Below are positions 13,801-26,589 of a stretch of DNA of 64,000 bases, piece after piece. Origin of the DNA: Octopus bimaculoides (taxonomy: Eukaryota); contig NC_068988.1 in NCBI RefSeq assembly GCF_001194135.2, forward strand, positions 89,491,744 to 89,555,743, in the 5' to 3' direction. The notes beneath the pieces are model-generated. The model ran no database searches. It saw only the letters and a list, made by a program, of their open reading frames with translations, and was not told the origin of the DNA. Both the position numbers and the translations under genes were made by a program. Positions within the stretch are counted from its first letter, which is position 1, and each line of letters opens with the position of its first letter.

Positions 13801-14068
13801 TGTATAATGATGTAGCTTATAGGTATTGTCTTAAGATTAAGCTGGTGAATGCTATTGATTGATAATAATGCTGAATCATGAAGTGCCTTCATCAGCCTGA
13901 TCGATCAGAGATATGGCACGTAGGTTATTAGTCGAGTGGCTAGGTGCAAATTACACACTGGTTCATATTCACTGTGACAGCGGGTCTTCACCTAACTGAA
14001 GACAACACTATTCATTCTGATATCCTGTTATTAATCGTATGGTGTTCGTTGCGAAAGATAGATGATGT

Positions 14069-14295
14069 CACTAGCGTAGTTAGAGTGTGTGCCACCTATG
14101 GTGGGCCTTCAGTTTGTCGCCCACATGCCCCCACAAAAAATAGATATTACCTACAACAGACCGAAAAGTATTACTACCCCCGTGCCACCACATTAAAATA
14201 CATGTTGCCTACAGCAGACTGAAATGTAGTGCTGCCCCTATATAAGTGACACCCGGTGCGTTCCGCCCCTGAGCCCCTCTCTAGCTATGCTAGGG
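14069..14295. mobile_element. 227-bp MITE, same family as 10099-10161
   Basis: TIRs CACTAGCGTAGTTAGAG / CTCTAGCTATGCTAGGG. Flanks GATGATGT (14061-14068) and GGTGATGC (14296-14303) match 6/8. Confidence 0.75.
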
Positions 14296-14532
14296 GGTGA
14301 TGCACTGTCTGTTACTAAGTCTATTTCTGTACGACAGACTGACACAGAAGACGGGATAAATGAAATCTGGAAGAGAGCACTAATTGTCTTAGATACTACA
14401 AAATTTCGATGAATATTTGTGGATTTATCTGCATTGAATTGGACTTCAGTTCTTATTTCTCGAAGAAGAAACAGCTGCAAAATGGAACTATAGCCGCTAA
14501 ACATTTCCATGAAGAATATGTAGTGGTTAGAA

Positions 14533-14742
14533 AAGTGGCTAGCTTGGCAGAAACGTTAGCATGACGGGCTTAGCGGTATTTCGTCTGTCTTTACGTTCTG
14601 ATTTCAAATTCCTCCAAGGTTGACTTTGCTTTCCATCCTTTCGGGGTCGATAAATTAAGTGCCAGTTGCGTACTAGTGTCGATCTAATTGACTGGCTCCC
14701 TCCCTCAAAATTTCGGGCCTTGTGCTTCAAGTAGAAAAGAAT
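14533..14742 (+). mobile_element. Family-A SINE copy
   Basis: TGGCAGAAACGTTAGC...TTTCGGGGTCGATAAATTAAGTGCCAG. Confidence 0.9.
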
Positions 14743-14751
14743 ATACAGTGG

Positions 14752-15065
14752 TTAGAGTGTTGCACGTGGTTTCGGGTTTAATTGCTCTGCGTACAACCTT
14801 GCACAACAATCTTCTGTTTCAGCACCGAACCGACCAATGCATCATGAATGAATGCGGTGGACAGAAACTGTGTGGAAGTCCGTCGCAGATATATGTGTAA
14901 GTGAATGTGTGTATGTGAGTGTGTGTATGTGAGTGTGTATGTGAGTGTGTGTTTGTGTTTATCCTTTCTCACATAGCAACCACTATTCATTTGTCATTTA
15001 CGTCCCTGTAAGTTAGCGGTTCGGCACATAAGATCGACAGAATACATATCAGACTTTACGATTAA
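14752..15065 (+). mobile_element. Composite SINE family B (head - microsatellite - tail), degenerate
   Basis: Head remnant ending CAGAAACTGTGTGGAAGTCCGTCG, GT-rich tract, then tail CCCTGTAAGTTAGCGGTTCGGCA. Confidence 0.65.
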
Positions 15066-15588
15066 ATAATGTCGTCTATTTTCCCCTCTTGAAACCTTTG
15101 GGGTTGTGCGCCTATATGATCGCTGTCCAATGATTAACACAAGTACAATATATGTAACTGCGTCTCCTATCGATTTCAGAGAGTGAGCATCCAGTTGTTC
15201 GATTAACTGTACGACCTAATCACACAATATAGCTTAATATTCTACAGATATGTACACATTCTAGTAAAATCCCTTGCAGAATCGATGTAAAACATTGTGG
15301 CACCGGTGGACACTAAAATTATTGATACAGCTGAACTGAGAGGTTTATACATATATGTTCTCAAATAAAGGCCACTCACACAGTTTGCGTAGCCCGAAAC
15401 AATGGAAAAGGCATCAACCGTGTTAAGTCACCCATTGGTACCACGTGATGGGTTTGATGGTTGGAAAGATTCTTAAGCACATTGCTTCGTCATACTGCAT
15501 CCAAATATACAGACAAACTACACATACTTACTATACACACAGGCACATAAACACTCATACACATACATGCACTCACGCACACACGTTT

Positions 15589-15655
<67 letters not shown>

Positions 15656-15940
15656 NNNNNNNNNNNNNNNNNNNNNNNNNNNNNNNNNNNNNNNNNNNNN
15701 NNNNNNNNNNNNNNNNNNNNNNNNNNNNNNNNNNNNNNNNNNNNNNNNNNNNNNNNNNNNNNNNNNNNNNNNNNNNNNNNNNNNNNNNNNNNNNNNNNNN
15801 NNNNNNNNNNNNNNNNNNNNNNNNNNNNNNNNNNNNNNNNNNNNNNNNNNNNNNNNNNNNNNNNNNNNNNNNNNNNNNNNNNNNNNNNNNNNNNNNNNNN
15901 NNNNNNNNNATATATATATATATATATATATATACATATT

Positions 15941-16235
15941 TACTTCAACTTGTTTCAGTCTTTTGGGTCACTGACTTGAAGAACTTTTAGTCGAATGAAG
16001 CAATCCCAGCCCTTATGTTATCGGTGTTTTTCGCTAGGCCAGTTGTCAGGAGCTGATGGGGTACAAGCCCACAGACACAAAGACACGCACGTATATAAAC
16101 TTACACGCGCGCGCACACATATAGATTTAGTCGGCCCGAGGCTGTAGTAGAAAACACTCCGCAAGGTGTCACGCAGTGAGACTGAACCCGGAAACATGTT
16201 GGTTGGGAAGCGAGCTTTGTATTGTACAGCAACGG
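15941..16235 (-). mobile_element. Composite SINE family B
   Basis: Plus strand shows GGCCCGAGGCTGTAGTAGAAAACAC...GACTGAACCCGGAAACATGTTGGTTGG (head, reverse) and CTTGTTTCAGTC (tail, reverse). Confidence 0.75.
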
Positions 16236-17181
16236 TTGTGCCTTATTTATATATATATATATATACATATATAAATATTTACATACAGATATATACATAA
16301 ATATGCTGTAAATATATTTATGTATATACTCCGATAAAGGAAGAAACGAGAAAGGAGGAAAAGTAGAAACACAAATACATACATACATACATACATACAT
16401 AAAAACATACATATGTATATATACATACACACACTCACACACACACATAGCATGTTTCACCTCTGTTAGCTATTAACCCATTGTCATGTATTCCAGTCCA
16501 TTGTAATGGAACAAAAGAGACGTTACAGGAACAATGTGCTAGTTTCCAGTTCTTCGTACAACGCATTCTCCACCATGTAATATCATAGTCTGCATCACTG
16601 CCATCAACATCTTTAACAACGACTAGAGCTAGAGGAACAAAAACAAAGGCAATAATAGTATTCATGATAAGTATAACAATAAACTGTTGTTTGAAAACGA
16701 GCTAAACCTAATTGAATTATGTCGGTATTAAAAACCTGCCTATTTATTTGATAACCGTATAAGTTGACGATAAAAGGAAGTTGTTGGCGATAAGAAAATT
16801 CAGCAAAATTGTAATGAACGTGCTAAGATGCCGTTCGATTTGTTAACAATGATGGAGACTTCATAAAGTTAATAATAGACTATAGCTTTTATAGACCACT
16901 ACACTATTGTTGAAACATAAACTAATTCGGTTAATCATATGGTTTAATCAATGTACCGTCTTACGTCATGTAGCAAATACTTTCTCTTGTTATTGGAAGT
17001 AAGATCAGTAACTACAATTTTTGCGTTCATGTTTTAGTACAGTGTGTGTATGAAAGTCGAATAAATGTGCATTCACACTTAGAAGTACACCATTTCGTCG
17101 ATACGCTCAAATATTTATATATATACATATCATTTTATGTATCTGTGTGTGTGTGTGTGTGTGTGTATACATATATATATA

Positions 17182-17217
<36 letters not shown>

Positions 17218-17438
17218 CAGTCAGAGAGTGAGAAAGAAAGAGATTGGGAGACATAGAGAGAGAGAGAATGTGAGCGATCTATATATACAATTATATGCCT
17301 TTAAGTGTATATACATATGTTTATATATATGTACAAGCATATATATATATATGCATACATACAGAGAGACAGACAAGAAAGTAATATTTCGTGCGCAGTA
17401 TAGCCATAGAAACAGCAGAAATATTGTATATGTTACCC

Positions 17439-17922
17439 TTAATTTGACGGAGGTTGTTGTCAGCAGATTTTATTTTAATGGTAGAGTACTCAGCCGACAC
17501 CAGAGTAGTGCGGGCTCTTGTCCCATGACAAACTGCTGATAACTTTTACCGTCTTAGAAGGGTAAAATACACGATCTTTCTGATGTTTTTAGGGAGATAC
17601 TATATCCGAAATACTACTTTATTGTCTGTATAATAAGAAACGCACTTGTCTTTTCCAAAACCACAAAAAAGGTTTGCTTACATCTGTTGTTGCATTTCAA
17701 GAAAAAAAAAACTATGATACTTGGCATTTAATTTGACGGAGTTTGCCGTCATTGAGCTGTTTAGCTTAATAGTAAAGTACTCAACCGGCATCTGCGGGGT
17801 GCAAGTACCTGTCCCGTGGCTGTCTGGTCACAACTTTTCCTTCCTATAAGGATAAAATCCACAAACTTCCTGGTGTTTTACGAAACACATTCGGCGCTTC
17901 CAAAGCCAAAAAGGTTTGTTTA
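17439..17922. repeat. Old diverged tandem duplication (two units about 290 bp apart)
   Basis: TTAATTTGACGGAG...AGTACTCA.CCG.CA...TGTCCC.TG...TTCCAAA.CCA.AAAAGGTTTG.TTA occurs at ~17439-17680 and ~17728-17922. Confidence 0.7.
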
Positions 17923-18906
17923 TATATGTGTGTATGNNNNNNNNNNNNNNNNNNNNNNNNNNNNNNNNNNNNNNNNNNNNNNNNNNNNNNNATAGGTATA
18001 TGTGAGCGTGTGTATGTAAACCGTTTAATTGATCGGCAGCATAAGAGTTACAGTTGTGACTCTACTTTGACAATTAGTTGCATTATTTTGAAACAATATT
18101 ACGATTGCTATTTTTGTGTAAGATGCTATATATTTCCAAAGATTTGTGATGAATATAATATATTTTGCTTGATGAAAGCTGTTGAGATTTGATGGGAGTA
18201 TTTAATGAAAAGCAATGATGAGAAACTTATTAAGGACACTTATAGATTTTAATGAATGCTATGATATTTACCAAATTATAATCAGATATTGATTGTTTGG
18301 GAATCTGAATTATTTATAATTCAGATTAATTAAATATTCAAAAATAATAATAATCTATGATTTGTAATAGTAACAGTTTATTAATATGTGCAATAAATGA
18401 TGATATGGTGTGTCGTAGTTGACCTGAATAAAGATTGCACTTACATTGATGCATATTTGTAAAATGGGATTTCCCGTCATTATAACGAAATGCTTATGAA
18501 TGCCTATGGAGGGAATGAAACAAGCCTGATATAATTGTAAAGGTGGCTTAATTATAAGTTTCTACTTTCAACGTATAACATAACATGTAAGATAGTATTC
18601 CTCAGCCAGGTATTATAATTGGCAGTTCGTGGAAATGAGGCATGTCGAAAAGTGTTTGGGATTTAATAATGTTGTCCAAGTTTACACATTAACTGAAATT
18701 GAATCAAGTGGGATGTGCCCTATAGATCAATATTAAATTTAGAAAATGAAAAGCAATGAGGAAGAAAGGATAAAAGGGATTAGTGTCAATATGTGTATAG
18801 AATACAGTTGTTGTCAATTTAATGTGCAAGTAATAATGCATTATATTGATAAGTTATCAAGGAAAGCATTATTACAGTGTATTATATTTAATATATTGTC
18901 AATAAG

Positions 18907-19308
18907 GTGCATGAGTGGCTGTGTGGTAAGTAGCTTGCTTACCAACCACATAGTTGCATGGCACCTTGGGCAATATGGATTTGGTAGACGGAAACTGAAA
19001 GAAGCCCGTCGTATACATATATATATATATATATATATANNNNNNNNNNNNNNNNNNNNNNNNNNNNNNNNNNNNNNNNNNNNNNNNNNNNNNNNNNNNN
19101 NNNNNNNNNNNNNNNNNNNNNNNNNNNNNNNNNNNNNNNNNNNNNNNNNNNNNNNNNNNNNNNNNNNNNNNNNNNNNNNNNNNNNNNNNNNNNNNNNNNN
19201 NNNNNNNNNNNNNNNNNNNNNNNNNNNNNNNNNNNNNNNNNNNNNNNNNNNNNNNNNNNNNNNNNNNNNNNNNNNNNNNNNNNNNNNNNNNNNNNNNNNN
19301 NNNNNNNN

Positions 19309-19341
<33 letters not shown>

Positions 19342-19558
19342 CTCTGTTTGTCCCCTTTCATCGCTTGACAAAAAATGCTGGTTTCTTTATGTCTCCGTAA
19401 CTTAGCGGTTTGGCAAAAGAGATCAATAAAATAAGTACTAAGCTTACAAATAATAAGTTCTGAGGTCGACTTCTTCGACTAAAGGCGGTGCTCTAGCATG
19501 GCCGCAATCACATGACTGAAACAAATAAACGAATAAAAGAATAAAAGAATAAAAGAAT
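18907..19558 (+). mobile_element. Composite SINE family B with internal (TA)n/N-gap/(TG)n
   Basis: Head GTGGCTGTGTGGTAAGTAGCTTGCTTACC...GGAAACTGAAAGAAGCCCGTCG; tail GACTAAAGGCGGTGCTCTAGCATGGCCGCA ending in (GAATAAAA)n. Confidence 0.85.
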
Positions 19559-19869
19559 CAGCCATTAAATACATGGAATGGAGAGTTGGCCAACAGCAGT
19601 TTCTCTTTACATGCTCATAAAATGAAAATGAATGAGTAGAAGAATGAGAATAAGAAGGAATGTCTTTCAAATGGAAGTTAAAAAGTAGTATTTTGTATTT
19701 TTGTAAAAGCGGATAAGTTTTCAAGAGGTTCGCGTTTCAACGGTAGTCACGCGATCCGAGAATCACGGTTTCACAATTTCTTATGGAACAACTTACACAG
19801 AAGATTTGTTTATCGTGATCATATATGTGTGCGCATCATAAGCACTCTCCTTCAATCAAATTGAAATTG

Positions 19870-20037
19870 CGTGTACATGTGTATGCTGCACCACGCGTTA
19901 CGTATCGAAGTGGTCGCAGAGCAACATCAGATCAAGTGTTTTCCTCCCAAATACATCAAACTGCCCGGTCCAGGAGTAGAATCCATGATGTCAGGATCGT
20001 AAATGAAACATCCTAACCACTAGGCCTCTCGCCCTCC
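19870..20037 (-). mobile_element. Degenerate tRNA-derived SINE
   Basis: Minus strand GGAGGGCGAGAGGCCTAGTGGTTAGG (A-box) ... GGATTCTACTCCTGGACCGGGC (B-box-like). Confidence 0.6.
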
Positions 20038-20361
20038 TCTGTAACAGTCACGTGTGTTCTTAGAGAAATTCGTAACCGGAATAAGTGTAACGGAGTGTAT
20101 GATGAGGTTGTATCGTTTGATCACAGGCGTAGGCCCGAGATTAGGTGCTGCAGGGGGGTGTACTCGCACCCTCTAACATTTTGTGGGGAAGCAACATTCA
20201 ATAATGCACCCCGTACTTACCTCTTCCAGGCTTAGACAATATGAAGAAAGAACTAAAATAAATGAAAACAGCCCAAAATCACTAGAAATATATATTACTG
20301 AAGATTTCCTAAAGTTAAAAAGTTTAATTATACACACACACACACACACACACACACGCAT

Positions 20362-20424
<63 letters not shown>

Positions 20425-21120
20425 ACATACATAAACGAAATGTGTGTGTGTGTGTGTGTGTGTGTAAGATCCAAGGATCAAGTTGTAGGAAGAAAGTTAA
20501 CTTCAAGCAATCCGTAGTAAATANNNNNNNNNNNNNNNNNNNNNNNNNNNNNNNNNNNNNNNNNNNNNNNNNNNNNNNNNNNNNNNNNNNNNNNNNNNNN
20601 NNNNNNNNNNNNNNNNNNNNNNNNNNNNNNNNNNNNNNNNNNNNNNNNNNNNNNNNNNNNNNNNNNNNNNNNNNNNNNNNNNNNNNNNNNNNNNNNNNGT
20701 GTGTGTGCGTGTATGTGTCTTTGTATGTATATATATATATGTATATGTATATGTATATGTATGTATAAAACAAATAATAAATGAGTATATGCATATATAC
20801 GTACAGGTACGTGCATACCTACGTCTACCTGTATATATATAGGTGCATATCTGGGTACAGGACATTGCAAACAAAACGTAGACAAGAAAATAATAATAAC
20901 CAGAGTACAGAAAACACACAAGCCACATAGAGAACATTTTCCTTCATCAGCTACCCCCATTTTAACACCGGCGTTTCGATATATATATATATATATATCA
21001 CACTAGGCAACCAGTGTATGTGAATAAGAATACACGATTTAAGAAATGGCGTAGATAAGATCCGGGCTACATATGCTTCCGGATCTTATCATACTCCATT
21101 CGTTAACATTTGCATATTAT

Positions 21121-21345
21121 TTTATTCTTTTATTCTTTTGTTATTTTACTTGTTTCAGTCATTTCACTTCGGCCATTCTGGAGCACCGCCTTTAGTCGAG
21201 CAAATTGGCCCCAGGACTTATTCTTTGTAAGCCTACTACTTTTTCTATTGGTTCGCTTTTGCCGAACCGCTAAGTTACGGGGGACGTAAACTCACCAGCA
21301 TCGGTTGTCAAGCGATGTTGGCGGTGTCAAACACANNNNNNNNNN

Positions 21346-21429
<84 letters not shown>

Positions 21430-21577
21430 TATGTGACGTCTGCTAAATCCTCATACAAGGCACTGCTCAACCCGTGGCTATAGTAGAAGATACCTGCTCG
21501 AGGTGCCACGCAGTAGGACTGAACTCGGAACCATGTGGTTGGTAGGCAAGCTACTTACCACACAGCTACCTCTCCGC
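21121..21577 (-). mobile_element. Near-complete composite SINE family B
   Basis: Head at 21432-21577, (TA)n core, tail at 21121-21335 matching 19340-19558. Confidence 0.88.
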
Positions 21578-22555
21578 CTATATACATAACAACAATTTAA
21601 CTACAAGAAAGGAACAACAACCACACCCACTCCTTAATACTAGAAGAGTTAATGAACTATTGAATTCCACAGTCAAGAGCTGTTTGCAATTCACCTATCC
21701 ACTTCCTCATTTCCTTGAAATACCTTAAGTGTCGCATTCTCATCGTCATCATGTTCTACTGCTACTACTCTTACCACAACTGAACAATAGCAACAACATG
21801 ATCGCCCACTCCTCAATACGAGAACAATTGATGATCTGCAGTCTTTTCTACAGTCAGGCAAGCCAAATTACTCCCAGAACAACACAAGAGATCCGTCATC
21901 ACCATTGCCATCTTATTCTACTGCTACTTCCATTACCACAACTACTACACCAAATTGTGAAGAGCCACTCCCCCACTTCAGCCATTGTTCACTTCAGTCT
22001 GAACGTATACCTGACAGCTCCATGATAAATCTGCCTACTGTGAAGAAAATAAAATTATGAACAGACGAAACTCAAAAATATACTACTATTCTCAATGCGA
22101 GAGACTATGCATACACAGTGACAGTTGCTTCACCCATTAACCTGGGTCAAGATGAACAATTCGTACAAGCAATACCAAACCACACATTTTACATCACCAC
22201 CACTAATGAATGCTAAATCATACTTAATAACTTCTACACATGTAGTCCGGAATCCTAAAACTTGTTGGTACTCCTAACATGAAAGATTATGCCTGATGTG
22301 GGACTATTCTTTAATTCATTTTCCAGGGACTCGATGCACAAGTAAGCCAATGATATTAAACCACCACCAAATCTACAGTAGAAACATTCTTTACAGTAGC
22401 ACAATTGGTCCAGACTTCCATCGAAACCCATAAGTCACCCAGATATCTACTGGGTACAATAGTAAAATCACAGCCACAAAATATATAACTAAAACTATAT
22501 TCCACAGTGCAACCATACCAACTCCAGAAAACAAACCCTCCCAAAAGAAGAACAT

Positions 22556-22725
22556 TCTTGGTGTGTTTACATCTCCGTAATCTAGCGGTTCGGCAGAATG
22601 GACTGATAGAATAAGTACCAGGCTTAAAAAGAATAAGTTCAGGGGGTGGATTTATTCATCTAAAAGGCGGTGCTCCAGCATGACCCCAGTCAAATAACTG
22701 AAACGAGTAAAAGAAGAAAAGAATA
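22556..22725 (+). mobile_element. Family-B SINE 3' tail module
   Basis: TAGCGGTTCGGCAG...AAAGGCGGTGCTCCAGCATGACC...AACTGAAAC. Confidence 0.8.
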
Positions 22726-24779
22726 TAAATACTCATGCACACATATTTATTTTTGCCCCTATTCATATGACACTTGTATATCTACACGTATATGTATATA
22801 CAAGAATGAGTGCATGTGTGTGTAAGTAAATGTGCCTATATATGTATGTGTACATATGTATGTATGTATGTATGTATGTATGCATGTATGTATGTGTATG
22901 TGCATACAAATCGATAGATATATATTATATATATTAATGTGCGTATATATGCATATATTTACGCACTTACGTACGTATAATTTTGTTTCTATTTGTTTAA
23001 TATTTAACATATGTCTCTGCGCGTGTGAATGTGATCCAGGAACACCCATGAATGAGTCTGAATTTATGGAAGCGCGCGTTCATGTATTTATCTGTATTCT
23101 GTACTTATATTCCTAGGCGATCTCAGTTATAGTCACGTAAGTATGCGTAATAAAAGAAAAGTCAGTGTGTGTGCTTGTGTGAGCGTGTGTAATTTTATTT
23201 ATTTATTTTCTCATTCGTTATTCATTAATTTATGTATTTAATGAACAGTGTAACAGGCAAACCACTGGAAAAATATGCATTCCCAACTGTCTTTCTAAGT
23301 TGTTTTTATAATTTGTTCTTGAACAATCCCAATTTGTTCCTGAACAATACTTCTATCACTGCTATATCCATTTTTGACTCATTGATTCGAAACAAGTTTG
23401 GTGTCAACGCACGAAGCTCTTGGCCCTTGAGTCACTCTTTCACTTCTGCAGAATTTTAATAGCACAGCCTGTATATACTCATGTTTCGAGTTTTATTTTC
23501 CTGATTGCATCACCAAGCCTAGATATGCAAAAATACAGAGTACATGCAAAGTATGTATATGTACATATATATGTACATCCCGGTATGAATGTATTACTTT
23601 TTAAATTTCTCGCAAATCTTTGTTCTTTTCCATCGTTTCTTCTTATTTCTCTATCCATCTTTCATTCGCTTTTACTCCCTCCCGACATATCGCGTTTGTC
23701 TCCCTTTACCTCTATCTCTGTCTTATTTTCTTCCCTGTCATATTTTCGTGTCACGTCTTTCAGGCAATATAAGAGATACTCCATTCATTGCAAATATTTT
23801 CCCTTCAGCTTAAGAATCCTTCACATATAGATGTAGACACGCATTCACGCACGCATGCACACGCATAATACGCGCATGTACATACACACACATACACACA
23901 TACACCCGTAGACATACACTTACACATTCACTAACATACAGAATCACGTGCATCATGTTAGAGATACATTTGTAGACATCGTTACACAAACACAGGAAGA
24001 GAGAATAAAAGAAAGCAAAAAAGCTCACAGAAATACAGACCTCCTTGCAACACACATATAAAGAAGCTCATAGTTAATACAACATGAACACGCAATCAAG
24101 GACTCTTAAGCTTGTTACGAACGCAGAAATATACACAATCACGAATCCATACGGAGGTTAAGCGCTCACACAAGCAAACATATGAAATACTAAAATACAA
24201 ATGGTGGTAGTGTTACCAATACAAATAAACTCTGCCACAACAAACTAATCATATGCAACAATAATAACAACAGAAATACCAGGAAAACAAAAAAATGTGT
24301 CAAAAATATTGAAGAATCAAATAAATCAGAATAAAAGTATAACAGGCGAAATATACCCTTCATCAAAAGATGATAAACACTCGGTTCTCATGTTGATAAC
24401 TTCGGGGGATGTTATCTAAATCTGTAATGTATTCCATTTGTGCATAGCAATTTGTCTTTTATATCAACGTTGCATTTCATTGGTTGGAAAAACTGGAATA
24501 TTCCAAGGTTTTCTAATTCTCAGAGCATAAAATAACATTGGAAATAAATCAGTGGAGGAAGAAACCTTTCTGAAAGAAACAGGTTATTTCTATTGTTTGG
24601 GTCAATATTTGTGTGCTAGAATATCTCCAGAGTTAAACTCTAAAGTTCGAGTAACATATATGCATATGTAGTGAGGGTGTAGTTGATATTGTTTACATCG
24701 CTTGCGGCGATAAATTTATAGGGGCTAACGACATATCTCTCTATCTATTACTCAGTCTATTTCTGTCTCAATGTCTCCT

Positions 24780-24836
<57 letters not shown>

Positions 24837-25825
24837 TCTTTCTCTCTTTCTCTCTCTCATTCTTCCCTTATAGAGAATATTACAGATAGGTAGTTATATA
24901 GGTAGATAGATATCTGTTCGTGTGAGTATGGAAATATACAATACATTTGATTAGGAACATTACACGGTATCTATAAAATACATTTTACATAGATTCCAAG
25001 AAAAATATTATTGAGTGCTTCTATAGAATATTTGATTATTTGATATTCGATGATACTATTAAGTTGAGTTGTTTTCTTTATTTAGCTGTAGCAAGCCTCG
25101 CACTTTTGCGTGATTAGGGAAGTTGATGGTTACCTATCTGTGTATATATATATATAATCCTTTGTCTCTGTCTGAACCCAATGCATTCTCACACGGCTCA
25201 ACCAAATCAAATCAAATTTTACATGGTAATACTATGAGACCCTGTGAGTGCCAGGAATGTAATTTGGGGGGAGGCGATTAAAACAATGTAACATTGGCAT
25301 GGTTGCGTATTACGTGTCAAAACTCGAAGAATGAAAGTAAAAGAACATATATATTGTAATGTGATATATTGTTTCACTTTTATACTTTTACTTCTAATTC
25401 TAACGACGACGATGACGTGTGTGAGTGTATGAGTGTATAGATGTCTCACAGTGTGTATGTATTTCCGTGTTGGGTACGTTCTTAAACATACTATATACAT
25501 GTGAGGACAGGTCAGTGTCAATACGAAATTTTAATTTTATTTCGATTAAAACAATATAACATTTCATAGAAATAATCTTCCAATTTAAGGAGATGCACTT
25601 GCATAGTAAATGGCTTGATCTGAGGTCGTGTGATTGGAACATATGTATGTATGTATGCATGTATATATAATGTCTTAAGTTTAAGATGGTTCCCATACAT
25701 TTCCCTGAGGATAAGTTTAGATTTTTAACATCGACGATTCCTATGGATCGCATAATTTGTAATTCTTCGAAACATATGTCGGAATAAAGTATGCAGTTAT
25801 AACATGCGTTCACTCCTTTCCTTAA

Positions 25826-25884
<59 letters not shown>

Positions 25885-26142
25885 ACCTTTGACGAAGTAA
25901 CAGTTGTAAATACAGAATGAACAAACACACATATCAGTACATAAAGATACAGTTATATGTACATACGCATATACACAAAAGCAGATACGTGTACACACTT
26001 ACATACGTAAAAAACTCATACAAACATACAACTGCTCTGGCAAAGATTATACAGTTGGATGTCCTTCCTAGCGCCAACCTCTCCAAATGTGTAGTAGGTG
26101 CTCTTTATGTGTCATCGGCACGGGAGCCAGTGAGGTAGCAGT

Positions 26143-26186
<44 letters not shown>

Positions 26187-26227
26187 AGTTAGCAAGGTGA
26201 GACACACATAAGAAAGAAGGAAACAAA

Positions 26228-26272
26228 GGACCACTGATGAGGTCACAGAAGTGTGACGAAAGAACTCTGGCC
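26228..26272 (+). ncRNA. Minimal type I hammerhead ribozyme motif (Penelope-type)
   Basis: GGACCA (helix I) - CTGATGA - G GTCAC agaagt GTGAC (helix II) - GAAA - G aa C (helix III) - TC cleavage site - TGG-CC (helix I partner). Core boxes are intact. Confidence 0.6.
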
Positions 26273-26589
26273 GAAATAAGATTAAGATTAAGATTAATGT
26301 AATATAAAGCTGAAAAAAAAAAAAATTAACACCAAATATACAGTGCGTGTGTTTTTATTGGCTAAACTGGCAATATGACCATCCCCAAGTACAACAATAT
26401 ATATATATATATATTGCAGTAATGTTGAATCAGGTGATACAGGAAAGTGCAGCACTGATGACATAACATTTGTGGAGTAAATGAAGGTGTAATTTGACTA
26501 AGCTACACGTAATACGTCTGTCTGGGGGATTCCATGGCCTAACATATCATGACAAATTAAGAGTGTCGGGGCTATTCTTGTCTGTCTCA

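Noticed and set aside
18190-18900. Possible ancient LINE RT (LIDFNECYDI-like)
   Set aside because: Single weak motif in AT-rich sequence; not supportable.
20880-20980. CTGATGAAGG and GAAAC motifs (minus strand; similar motif at 26794)
   Set aside because: Helices I and II cannot be formed; not a credible hammerhead on its own.
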